Shown here one piece after another: positions 28,719 to 41,709 of a stretch of DNA of 64,000 bases. The position numbers and the translations under genes are program-made. The notes beneath the pieces are model-generated. The model was not told where the DNA came from and searched no databases. It saw nothing but the letters and a program-made list of their open reading frames with translations. Source of the stretch: an uncultured Dehalococcoidia bacterium (GTDB lineage: Bacteria; Chloroflexota; Dehalococcoidia; Lucifugimonadales; UBA826); contig CAZRSW010000002.1 of the NCBI GenBank assembly GCA_964602845.1, positions 3,373 to 67,372 on the forward strand, written 5' to 3'. The stretch's first letter is position 1; every line of letters starts with the position of its first letter.

Positions 28719-29696
28719 TTACACATCCTTCACAGAGGGGTATCCCGCCAATGATTCAGCGTTTACCACAGCATTCAAAATTGCCCTGAAAGTACACACC
28801 ACACCCGCAGCAAGGATCTGATTGTACTCAGTTATGCCTACTGTTTTTCCAAGGTGCCCGGTTGCGAGAGAAAAAATTGTGTCTCCGTCTCCCGCCAAGT
28901 GAGCAGGCCTCACTGCCATTGCAAGTCCGTCGTGGCCAACCGTAGCCATATGGCTCACTTCTTTCTCGCTAAGATCAGCATTAGTCGCTAACACTCCTAT
29001 AGTAGTATTTCCACCAACATCCACAACGTATTCAGATTGTCCGGTGACAAGATCATCTAGTGAAGAAGACATTATCCCTTTCGCATTCCTCGGCCCTGCA
29101 ACTAAGGCTCCTGTCTCAGGATCATGTATGCTCCCAATAGCGTTCACCACCATCAAAGATCCAACTACGATCCCGTTTTTCAATCGAATACTAGAACTTC
29201 CTAGACCACTTTTAATAGCACATTTCACACCGGATGTCTTTGCAACGGTAGCTCCTGTACCAGCCCCAACATTCCCAACAGCGAACAAACCACTGACGGC
29301 GGCACGACAAGCCTCATAGCCTGACGTCAACGTCGGCCTAACAGCCTCATTACCAATGTTTAGATCAAACAGAATCGCACTGGGTACAATAGGTATTACA
29401 GCGTGCCCCACAGAAAAACCAGCAGAGTGATCTTCAAGATATTTCATAACACCGTCTGCTGCCGCAAGCCCAAAAGCACTTCCGCCACCGAGAAGAAGGG
29501 CTTGTACTTCCTTTACTCGTCCAGTGAGTTTCAATAAATCCGTCTCTCGGGTACCCGGTGAGTCCCCCCGTACATCCACTCCTGCTACAGCGCCCGGTTC
29601 AGTCAATATGACGGTACACCCAGTCGCGGCTTCTAGATCGGTCCAATGACCGACTCTAATACCCGACACATCTGTAATTTGGCTAGATCTTTCCAT
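28719..29696 (-). CDS. P1/S58 family peptidase (DmpA/BapA-like Ntn hydrolase)
   Basis: ITDVSGIRVGHWTD, GDSPGTRETDLL, LLGGGSAFGL and GGNTTIGVLATNA motifs. ATG 29696 is preceded by AGGTG with an 8-nt spacing. The track start TTG 29759 is probably over-extended. Confidence 0.8.
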   Translation of the reverse strand: MERSSQITDVSGIRVGHWTDLEAATGCTVILTEPGAVAGVDVRGDSPGTRETDLLKLTGRVKEVQALLLGGGSAFGLAAADGVMKYLEDHSAGFSVGHAVIPIVPSAILFDLNIGNEAVRPTLTSGYEACRAAVSGLFAVGNVGAGTGATVAKTSGVKCAIKSGLGSSSIRLKNGIVVGSLMVVNAIGSIHDPETGALVAGPRNAKGIMSSSLDDLVTGQSEYVVDVGGNTTIGVLATNADLSEKEVSHMATVGHDGLAMAVRPAHLAGDGDTIFSLATGHLGKTVGITEYNQILAAGVVCTFRAILNAVVNAESLAGYPSVKDV

Positions 29697-29810
29697 TGTT
29701 GATACACCTACATTCCTAAGTACCCAAATGGTGATCAACCACACGACAGCGCCACACAATAGTTAGCACCTAATAGTCACTCTTCAAGTTGAGCTCACCA
29801 TCCATTGGGG

Positions 29811-29827
29811 ATTGGCTGCCAGCCAAT
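29811..29827. repeat. Perfect 8-1-8 inverted repeat ATTGGCTG-C-CAGCCAAT (candidate operator upstream of the pan operon)
   Basis: Read directly from the sequence. It lies 115-131 nt upstream of the S58 peptidase start, inside a 600-nt non-coding gap. Confidence 0.5.
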
Positions 29828-30246
29828 TCTATCAGCATTTACAAAGAAAATTAACGTGTCATGCTATGGTAAGTATAGCTCTGGAGTTTTCCCACACGTC
29901 AATCCATGTTATCTCCCAAAGTTACGTTGCTAACAATCCCACAAATCGAATCATGTCGAAAGCCTAGAAAACCAACGAAAATTAAACTCGATTCAGTGAC
30001 AATACAGTTGCTATAAAAGAGTCTTTTTTGATAAAATGAAGGTCCATAATTTGCTTGATTTTTTTCAATTGAATTAGGCACAATAATTAGGGTCGGGAAA
30101 GTGCCTCTTCAACCGGTATCTTCTAAATACTGTCATCGAGACTTAATAGAGCGTACTGAACGTTCGGAAGGTTGTTAGGCTCAATATTAACGTATTTCAG
30201 TTGAAGTAGAAGTTTCAACGCTGACAGAGTTTCTTTGAGAAAGTAG

Positions 30247-32241
<1,995 letters not shown>

Positions 32242-32275
32242 CAAGTTCTCGCTCAGCCTGTTAGTTGAATTTTAG

Positions 32276-33196
32276 TTAATCCCACATTGAAGTGGAAAAA
32301 TATCTTTCGCCAATATCGTTAAATATTGTAACTATGTGACCTCTTCCAAATTCTTGGGCAACTTTTTTGGCTCCCAACAAATAAGCTCCCGACGACTGAC
32401 CCACAAATATTCCGGCTAAAGATAATTGTTTGGAGGTTTCATAACCTTCTATCACATCTATATTGATCAATCTGTCAACAACGGATTGGTCAAAGGTGTC
32501 AGGAATGATATGGCCATCCCCTAATGGTTTCAAACCTTCCACTCCTGGCCACTCGTCAAAGTCCAAACAAACAACCTCAATATCTGGATTTTCCTCCTTG
32601 AGCCGCCTTCCAACTCCACTTATGGTACCTCCAGTCCCAACGCCTCCAACAAAATGTGTAATGTGAGGAGCCTGATCTAGTATTTCCTCGGCTGTAGTTT
32701 CATAATGAGCCTGAGGGTTGTTTTGATTACTATATTGATCACAATAGAAATACTTAGAGGGATTTGTCTCAAATATGCGTTTAACCTCATGGAGAGTTTC
32801 ATCATAGCCAAGCTGAGCATCGGTATAAATAATCTTAGCCCCGTGAGCAAGAATTCGCTTCTTCCTCTCCTCGCTAGCATTTTCCGGCATTACCAATTCA
32901 ACTTTATTCCCCAAAATAGCACCGATCATCGCATATGCGATTCCAGCATTCCCCGAGGTGGCGTCTAGAATTGTCATATCTTTAGTTAGACGACCGGAAA
33001 TAGTAGCATCTGCCAACATTCGGACAACTGGTCTATCTTTGATAGATCCACCCGGATTAAGCTGTTCATATTTCGCATATATTGAGGCCTCCCCAATATC
33101 CCAGGGGAGTCTCATTTTTACAAGGGGCGTATTTCCGATGGCCCGCAATGCAGGATACCGACTAATGAATTCCTCTATTTTTTCTGAATATGCCAC
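32276..33196 (-). CDS. Cysteine synthase family PLP enzyme (CysK/CysM-like)
   Basis: GNTPLV, NPGGSIKDRP (PLP lysine), TSGNAGIA and GVGTGGT motifs. Confidence 0.85.
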   Translation of the reverse strand: MAYSEKIEEFISRYPALRAIGNTPLVKMRLPWDIGEASIYAKYEQLNPGGSIKDRPVVRMLADATISGRLTKDMTILDATSGNAGIAYAMIGAILGNKVELVMPENASEERKKRILAHGAKIIYTDAQLGYDETLHEVKRIFETNPSKYFYCDQYSNQNNPQAHYETTAEEILDQAPHITHFVGGVGTGGTISGVGRRLKEENPDIEVVCLDFDEWPGVEGLKPLGDGHIIPDTFDQSVVDRLINIDVIEGYETSKQLSLAGIFVGQSSGAYLLGAKKVAQEFGRGHIVTIFNDIGERYFSTSMWD

Positions 33197-33350
33197 TGAT
33201 TTTGGTACTTCGGTATACTTATTGATGTTATAGTCGCATGTTGCAATGACCTATTATTTACTAGGGCACTTAGTATATATTTTAGTCAATTTGCAGTCTA
33301 GCATTACTAAACACCAAGGCTGATGGCGAAGCAAGAATAAATATAAGGAA

Positions 33351-35413
<2,063 letters not shown>

Positions 35414-35423
35414 AAGATACGGG

Positions 35424-36407
35424 TCAAAAAATTGTACAAACCTCTTTCAAAAATACATCCAACTGTTTCCTTTGTTCGAATGAAGCAAATCGGACTATTA
35501 CCGTCTTGGCTCCAGCATTAACATATTCGTTCATACGCTCTGCTACTTCTTGTGCGGAACCCCACGGACCCCATCGATCTTTCCATATGTTAACGCCGTA
35601 GTACATACGGAGGAATTGATCAGCCTCCCGCTCCGCCTTATCTTTGTCAGCATTTATATTAACTGTCATGTAAAAAACACGATCAAGGACCGATGGATCC
35701 CTACCTGACTTCATAGCATATTCATCAACCTTGTTTATGACTTGGGAATACTCAAAAGGATAATCGGAGATTGATATGAGACCGTCTCCCAATTCTCCCA
35801 CCCGACGATATTGGCTCTCCGTCCCTGTCTTATAATGCGCTGCGACTATGACAGGTATACCGTTGCTTTGTTGGGAGCTTGGTTGAATAGTAACTCCATC
35901 GACACTAAAATGTCGCCCAGCAAAAATAACTTCCTCGCCTCGCGTCAAAGGCTTGAAAATCTTTATAAGCTCCTCCAGTCGTTTCCCCCTAGTCTTATGG
36001 TCTATTCCAAGATTCATCCATTCGTTGCGTTGAGACTCATTGAACGCCCCACCAACACCCATACCTAAACTGAGTCTACCCCCAGATATTATGTCCAAGG
36101 TTGACGCTGCATGAGCCAAGGATACAGGATGTCGTTGAGCCCCTAATAACACCGCCGTACCCAACCTAACTGACGATGTTACAACTGCAATAGATGAAAG
36201 TACCGTGATAGGCTCCAATCTTGGCTTGGCAGTGACACTATCGCCTACCCAAACAGAATTGATGCCAGCTTGTTCACATTCTACCGCCATAGCCAATAAT
36301 TCTTGCACTCCATGAGAATTATGCTCCCCTGACATCAAGATAGCTCTCGTGGGTAGTAACACACCAATATTTACCGTGCCATTTTCTCCCAACATGTTAT
36401 CTACCAT
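35424..36407 (-). CDS. LLM class (luciferase-like) oxidoreductase, probably F420-dependent
   Basis: Luciferase-like TIM-barrel pattern (GVLLPT..., SVWVGDS, LGMGVGG). It lies immediately downstream of cofC. The track start 36479 would overlap cofC by 83 nt. ATG 36407 or ATG 36395 are more plausible. Confidence 0.8.
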   Translation of the reverse strand: MVDNMLGENGTVNIGVLLPTRAILMSGEHNSHGVQELLAMAVECEQAGINSVWVGDSVTAKPRLEPITVLSSIAVVTSSVRLGTAVLLGAQRHPVSLAHAASTLDIISGGRLSLGMGVGGAFNESQRNEWMNLGIDHKTRGKRLEELIKIFKPLTRGEEVIFAGRHFSVDGVTIQPSSQQSNGIPVIVAAHYKTGTESQYRRVGELGDGLISISDYPFEYSQVINKVDEYAMKSGRDPSVLDRVFYMTVNINADKDKAEREADQFLRMYYGVNIWKDRWGPWGSAQEVAERMNEYVNAGAKTVIVRFASFEQRKQLDVFLKEVCTIF

Positions 36408-37050
36408 CCCTAGTTTCAAGCATTCCAAGTCGACGGGTGAAACCTTTTTCGATTTCATTGCAGCGGGCAAGATCATCAACTGTATCCAAATCCAAAGTGA
36501 TACCCGCGGGACTCACGTCAATAAAATCCACATTTAACTTTTCCAACATCCTTTTATGCTTATCAAAACTCTTTTCTCCCAACGACGAACGGAAATCCAG
36601 CCAAGTGGGTATAAGCATGCAATTGGTACCATCGTCGTATCGCGATGGTACCAAAACAAATTTTCTTCCGCTACAGGAGCGTTCTATCACCTGATTAATC
36701 TCCCACGGTTCGACAAATGGCAAATCACCTGGTAAATAAATAGGAGTAAGAGATCGTCTTTGAGCGGTCACTATGGCGCTAGATAAGTCATGATTCAGAT
36801 CTTTTCCAACAGCTTTGATCCATTTAACATCCATGACTGAACAAATTTTCTCTAGCTTCGCTCCAGCCCCAACTACCCAAATCTCATCCACAATGGATTT
36901 TTTAACAGCAGACACCACTCGAAGGAATAAATTTTCGGTCAATGTTTGCCTAGCCTCATCAGACAACACCGTAATTAACCGTGACTTGCCGTACCTTATA
37001 TCTTTCATCGGCAATATGATGACGAACTGGGTTAACAACCTACAGACCAC
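36397..37050 (-). CDS. cofC: 2-phospho-L-lactate (or related) guanylyltransferase CofC/FbiD
   Basis: N-terminal IILPMKDIRYGKSRL (IPvK...KSRL motif), about 215 aa. It overlaps the cofD stop by 11 nt. Confidence 0.8.
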   Translation of the reverse strand: MVCRLLTQFVIILPMKDIRYGKSRLITVLSDEARQTLTENLFLRVVSAVKKSIVDEIWVVGAGAKLEKICSVMDVKWIKAVGKDLNHDLSSAIVTAQRRSLTPIYLPGDLPFVEPWEINQVIERSCSGRKFVLVPSRYDDGTNCMLIPTWLDFRSSLGEKSFDKHKRMLEKLNVDFIDVSPAGITLDLDTVDDLARCNEIEKGFTRRLGMLETRDGR

Positions 37051-38029
37051 ACATACCCAAAATATCTTCTGCCAGTTTTATCTTGTCAAATTTGTTTGCC
37101 ATAACAGTATCAGCTACCAACACCTGCAACCCCAACGACTCTATCTGACTTGCCAAATCAATATCCTGCCTATCAATGACAAATATGTCACACAACCCTT
37201 TGTATTGCTGTGCGACTCCAACGGCCGAACTATTGTAGCCTAACTCCTCGAGCATTTTTCCAGCTGGGCCTTTTATCGCTTTACCATTCACGATCGGACT
37301 AACTACAACACGCACGCCATTAAAGTCCTGTATCTTCTCTTTGACTCCAGGAATCGCCAAAATTGGCCTAACACTAAGGAATGGATTAGATGGGCAAATA
37401 ACAAGAATGTCACATTTATCAAGCGCGTGATCAAGGGCGGGTGAGGATGTGCATGATTCTGCTCCTTCAAACCTCAAAGACCTCACAGCCGGTATGCATT
37501 TATTCTTAACAAAGTATTCCTGAAAAGATAGCAGCCCTTGATCTGTATCAATAACAGTCCTAACTCTACCATCCGTCATAGGAGCTATATTTTGTTTAAT
37601 TCCTATTGACATGCAGAGGAGTTTTGTTACTTCCGACAATGTCGCACCATCGTCGAGTAGCTCCGTACGACGTATATGAGTAGCGAGGTCAAGATCTCCG
37701 AGTTGAAACCAAACGTCAGCCCCATAAACCTGCAATCTTTCTAGTGTTCTGAATGAATCACCGTTGAGTCCCCACCCAGTAGTTTCATTAGTCATTCCGG
37801 CTAAAGCGTACATAACTGTGTCTATATCCGGAGATACATGTAGTCCATGAAATCTATCATCGTCCCCTGTATTAACTACTACAGTTAATTTGTCTGTAGG
37901 CACTACATTAGATAGACCTACTACAAGTTTAGATCCACCTACCCCACCTGCTAAAGCCAGAACATTGTCCATAACTGTCATCTTCTCCACAAAAATCCAA
38001 GGTATCGTATCAACAAAATTATCATCCAT
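37040..38029 (-). CDS. cofD: 2-phospho-L-lactate transferase CofD (F420-0 forming)
   Basis: LAGGVGGSKL N-terminal motif, NTGDD and length 329 aa, typical of CofD/FbiA. Confidence 0.9.
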   Translation of the reverse strand: MDDNFVDTIPWIFVEKMTVMDNVLALAGGVGGSKLVVGLSNVVPTDKLTVVVNTGDDDRFHGLHVSPDIDTVMYALAGMTNETTGWGLNGDSFRTLERLQVYGADVWFQLGDLDLATHIRRTELLDDGATLSEVTKLLCMSIGIKQNIAPMTDGRVRTVIDTDQGLLSFQEYFVKNKCIPAVRSLRFEGAESCTSSPALDHALDKCDILVICPSNPFLSVRPILAIPGVKEKIQDFNGVRVVVSPIVNGKAIKGPAGKMLEELGYNSSAVGVAQQYKGLCDIFVIDRQDIDLASQIESLGLQVLVADTVMANKFDKIKLAEDILGMCGL

Positions 38030-38120
38030 ACTAGTGATTGCGCGTACGCCTGCAGAATCACCATGCTAAAATCCGATTGAATATGTTTTAACATAACTCT
38101 AAAATATTGGAGCTTCTAAT

Positions 38121-39290
38121 ATTTACATCTCCCAACTGTCTTTTTCAAATTTCCGTAATTACGAACACTTAGAATTGCCGCTTCCAGCCGGAACAATTCT
38201 GATCGTCGCTGATAACGCCCAAGGGAAGAGCAATTTACTTGAGGGGATATACATGTTGTCTATTGGCAAATCATATAGAGCCCGGAAAGACGAAGATATG
38301 ATGAGATCGAACACTGCCGCTAACCCTAATTATTGTAAAGTGTCCGCCGATATAAACAACGATGGTATACGCACTCAAATACAAATTTTCTTTGAATCTC
38401 GACCCGGATCAAACACAGTTAAAGCGTCCACACAAAAACATGTCAGACTAAATGGAGTTCCGAAGAAATCATCCGATATAGTCGGACTATTTAATGCCGT
38501 ACTTTTCACTGCGAGTGATCTTGACCTGATTTATGGATCACCTTCACTGAGAAGAAGATATATAGATATACTACTTTCTCAAGTCAGCAAAGAATATTTG
38601 GATGCCTTGCGAAGATACCAGAAGTCCTTAAGGCAACGAAACCATCTTCTCAGGAAAATTAGGGGAGGCACCTCGAACAAAAATGAGCTGAGTTACTGGG
38701 ACAGTCAACTCGCTGAAAACGGTAGCATAATTCTATCCATACGCCTTAAAGCTGTACAAGAACTATCTTGCCACGCCAATAATCTTCACCATGATTTAAG
38801 CAAATCTAAAGAAGGTATGGCATGTGCATATAATTCGACTCTTCCGATAGAGTCCAATTACTCTACCCCAGAGCTCAGCAAGAAATTAGCATACACGCTA
38901 GAAACTTCAAGAGAAAAAGACCTTTTGGCAGGCGCTACAACTGCCGGTCCCCACCGGGATGACCTACAGATTTTCGTAAACAACAAAGACTCTGCAAGGT
39001 TTTCATCAAGAGGTCAGTCTAGAACCGCTGTGCTAGCCCTCAAACTTTCCGAAGCACAATTCTTAGCCAAAAACCGGGGATATGAACCGGTGCTTTTACT
39101 CGATGATATATTGTCGGAACTAGATTCAACGCGTAGAGATCAAGTTTTAAACCATATAAGTTCCTACGAACAATGTATCATAACGACCGCTGAACCCAGT
39201 TCAATTTCGAATACGTTCATAAAATCAACAACGACTCAATTTACGATCGACCAAGGCTCGATTTTTACAGTTCCAGAAATACTATCCTAG
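38121..39290 (+). CDS. recF: DNA replication and repair protein RecF (proposed ATT start)
   Basis: Walker A DNAQGKSNLLE, SMC signature-like region and LLLDDILSELD Walker B. The track start TTG 38175 removes the conserved N-terminus. The in-frame upstream sequence IYISQLSFSNFRNYEHLEL aligns with MYIQNLELTSYRNY of B. subtilis RecF. ATT at 38121 has GGAG 8 nt upstream. Confidence 0.9.
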   Translation: MYISQLSFSNFRNYEHLELPLPAGTILIVADNAQGKSNLLEGIYMLSIGKSYRARKDEDMMRSNTAANPNYCKVSADINNDGIRTQIQIFFESRPGSNTVKASTQKHVRLNGVPKKSSDIVGLFNAVLFTASDLDLIYGSPSLRRRYIDILLSQVSKEYLDALRRYQKSLRQRNHLLRKIRGGTSNKNELSYWDSQLAENGSIILSIRLKAVQELSCHANNLHHDLSKSKEGMACAYNSTLPIESNYSTPELSKKLAYTLETSREKDLLAGATTAGPHRDDLQIFVNNKDSARFSSRGQSRTAVLALKLSEAQFLAKNRGYEPVLLLDDILSELDSTRRDQVLNHISSYEQCIITTAEPSSISNTFIKSTTTQFTIDQGSIFTVPEILS

Positions 39291-39387
39291 CAACATCATT
39301 TCGCAAAACACCTCAAAAGTTAAAATCATCGCTGCATAAATTCCAACTTAAATGGTACTGACGATTAAATAATCAAAATCTGAATAC

Positions 39388-40221
39388 TCATCGCCCAGCG
39401 AATTGCCGGATTTTGGCCCTTATCACTTCTCTCATTGAAAGAAGAGCAGCCTTCATAATATCGGTTAATTCAATATCCCCCATTGATATTTTATCCCTCA
39501 ACGCCTTTATATATGCTTGCCGAATTTCCGTATTTACATTTAACTTTCTTACACCGAGACCAATAGATTCTGCGACAAGGTTATCAGGCAACCCCGAAAC
39601 CCCATGCAATACCAACGGTATCGGAACAGACTGTTGAATCTCTCGCAATCTCTCAAAATCAAGGCTTGGAGGTCTCGAATATTCGCCATGTACATTACCG
39701 ACACAAACCGCTAACGCATCAATTTCGCTTCGACACACAAATTCGGCCGCCTCATCTGGGTCCGTTAGTTTTGATTCATAATGATATGTCGTTAAGTTGT
39801 CTTCCGTACCTGAGAGCCTGCCCAACTCTCCCTCGACAAATCCACCAAGATTATGAACCGTCCTAGACCATGCCTTTGTGAAATACGCGTTTTCTTCGTA
39901 TCCCAACTTTGAACCATCTATCATTATTGAACGGATACCGTAAGAAAGAGCCCTTTCAATGTCATCACCGTCTTCACCATGATCCAAATGCACGGACACA
40001 GGTACTGTAGATTCCTCTGCAGCTGTCAAACAAAGATCGGCCAATATCTTCCCTCCTATCGACATTGAGCCACGATGAATTTGGATCATGGCAGGTAATC
40101 CTTCTTCTTCCGCCGCTTCTATTACTGACATTGCGCCCTCCATGTTATAAACATTGAACGCTCCTATGGCGAAGCAACCCTCTTCAGCCAGATTGAGCAG
40201 ATCAGTAGTGTTTTTTAACAA
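39388..40221 (-). CDS. Class II (metal-dependent, TIM-barrel) ketose-bisphosphate aldolase family protein
   Basis: AIGAFNVYNMEG, VSVHLDHGED, IMIDGS, VEGELG and LVLHGVSG motifs of the FbaA/GatY/KbaY family. Confidence 0.85.
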   Translation of the reverse strand: MLKNTTDLLNLAEEGCFAIGAFNVYNMEGAMSVIEAAEEEGLPAMIQIHRGSMSIGGKILADLCLTAAEESTVPVSVHLDHGEDGDDIERALSYGIRSIMIDGSKLGYEENAYFTKAWSRTVHNLGGFVEGELGRLSGTEDNLTTYHYESKLTDPDEAAEFVCRSEIDALAVCVGNVHGEYSRPPSLDFERLREIQQSVPIPLVLHGVSGLPDNLVAESIGLGVRKLNVNTEIRQAYIKALRDKISMGDIELTDIMKAALLSMREVIRAKIRQFAGR

Positions 40222-41646
40222 TTAGGACCTCACACATAGAGGAGGAGCTAATCTGTTAACGACATCAGCCATCGCGTTCGGGCCTCCCACATTACCTGGG
40301 AACAATACAAGACTAGTATCAGGGTACTTTGATTCTGATCCCATCTTTAACACTAAAACACCAGGAAATACTTGTCCGGGTACTGTAGCACGACTCACAT
40401 TCAGCCCATTCATAAGAACGTTGCTAGAAGTCATACCTCCTTTAGAAATCATATATCTGGGACGTTCAGATAAGTTCAAAACCACCTCAGATATAGCATC
40501 CGTAACCTTAGTTCCGATCTCTAAATATTCATCCGAATCCGAACCTGTAACTAAATCTCTGCTTGTGTAAACAACTACATTCTCACCACTGTATAGGCAT
40601 CTATCGACCTCCATAACGACATCAGCTAACAGATTCGTGCCTCCTTCAATAACATTACGTACATTGAGCTCAACAGCATTCATTCCAGGCAGTTCGAGCA
40701 GAACCTCAAGTTGCTTAGTACTCCCTGGAACATGTGAACCCACTATTATTAAAGCACCACCATCATCAGACTGAGTTATCTGTTCTCTAGTAAGTAACTC
40801 ATGATCACCTTGACCAATCCGTGACCTTACAAAGGATGCCGCAGACCTTATGAGGAATCTCTTACCGTCCGCCTCACACCTTAGCATTGCCAGTGCCACT
40901 ACATCCAAATCCCGCATGTCGGCAGCGTTGATCACACACGGTCTAGAATTTGAAAGTCCTGTCAATATATCTGCTACCTTTATTGGCCCTCCCTCTCGAA
41001 TATCTTTTATCGATACCGATTCAACGTCTGAAGCCTTGGTTCTACCCTCTGTTTTTTCCTCTATCCATTCACATAAATTCGATGAAATATATCCAAACGC
41101 GTTATCGTTTGCGAACGGGGTTTCACTAGCAGGAATCAAGTACAGTCCATCGGACACATACTGAACATCATCTATCGTGTATCTGCCACCCTCTGAAAAA
41201 AATGGGACGAACAAAAGGCCATCATAGTTCAAACCTATAGCTTCAGATAATGCATCGACTTCTTTGGGGAAATGTCCCCTCAGCGTCGAATCACAACGCG
41301 ATATGACGGATATGGGTCGCCCACAATTCTCAGCGACTGTTTTTAGAAGACTACCTATATCTTTATTGACCCTCATAGCCTCTTGGGCCGGCTTAGCCCT
41401 CGTGTTAGTTAACAGGAAGGTTGCTGACTCCTTAGAATTAAACTCACTTAAGAGATTCTCCATAGTCCAATTGGTTAACAATGACACATCTTCAACAGTT
41501 TGCGACCCTGTGGGATCATCATCCAAAATAAAGATTCTTCCTGTGTCTTTAGAGATAATATCTCTGATTAACGGCAACACATCCTCATGCCAAACAGGTG
41601 GAAGTGACTCCAATGTTTCCTTCATGTTGATCGCTCTTGAGCTCAT
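40222..41646 (-). CDS. Four-carbon acid-sugar kinase family protein (DUF1537)
   Basis: N-terminal ILDDDPTGSQTV and C-terminal KGGMTSS ... PGNVGGPNA match the two-domain DUF1537 kinase pattern. Its stop codon abuts the aldolase start with no intervening base. Confidence 0.8.
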   Translation of the reverse strand: MSSRAINMKETLESLPPVWHEDVLPLIRDIISKDTGRIFILDDDPTGSQTVEDVSLLTNWTMENLLSEFNSKESATFLLTNTRAKPAQEAMRVNKDIGSLLKTVAENCGRPISVISRCDSTLRGHFPKEVDALSEAIGLNYDGLLFVPFFSEGGRYTIDDVQYVSDGLYLIPASETPFANDNAFGYISSNLCEWIEEKTEGRTKASDVESVSIKDIREGGPIKVADILTGLSNSRPCVINAADMRDLDVVALAMLRCEADGKRFLIRSAASFVRSRIGQGDHELLTREQITQSDDGGALIIVGSHVPGSTKQLEVLLELPGMNAVELNVRNVIEGGTNLLADVVMEVDRCLYSGENVVVYTSRDLVTGSDSDEYLEIGTKVTDAISEVVLNLSERPRYMISKGGMTSSNVLMNGLNVSRATVPGQVFPGVLVLKMGSESKYPDTSLVLFPGNVGGPNAMADVVNRLAPPLCVRS

Positions 41647-41709
41647 AATGAGATACCTTAATTTGTCTTACAGATAGGATCGAGACATTGAGAGTTTCCT
41701 TTCAAAGAA

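Noticed and set aside
29899-30081. 60-aa minus-strand ORF in the pan/gyrB spacer
   Set aside because: It has a GTG start with no SD and a low-complexity hydrophobic/AT-driven composition. I recognise no motif.
30158-30165. GAACGTTC palindrome upstream of gyrB as a LexA (Cheo) box
   Set aside because: The half-sites are adjacent (N0) rather than separated by 4 nt, so it does not fit the GAAC-N4-GTTC architecture.
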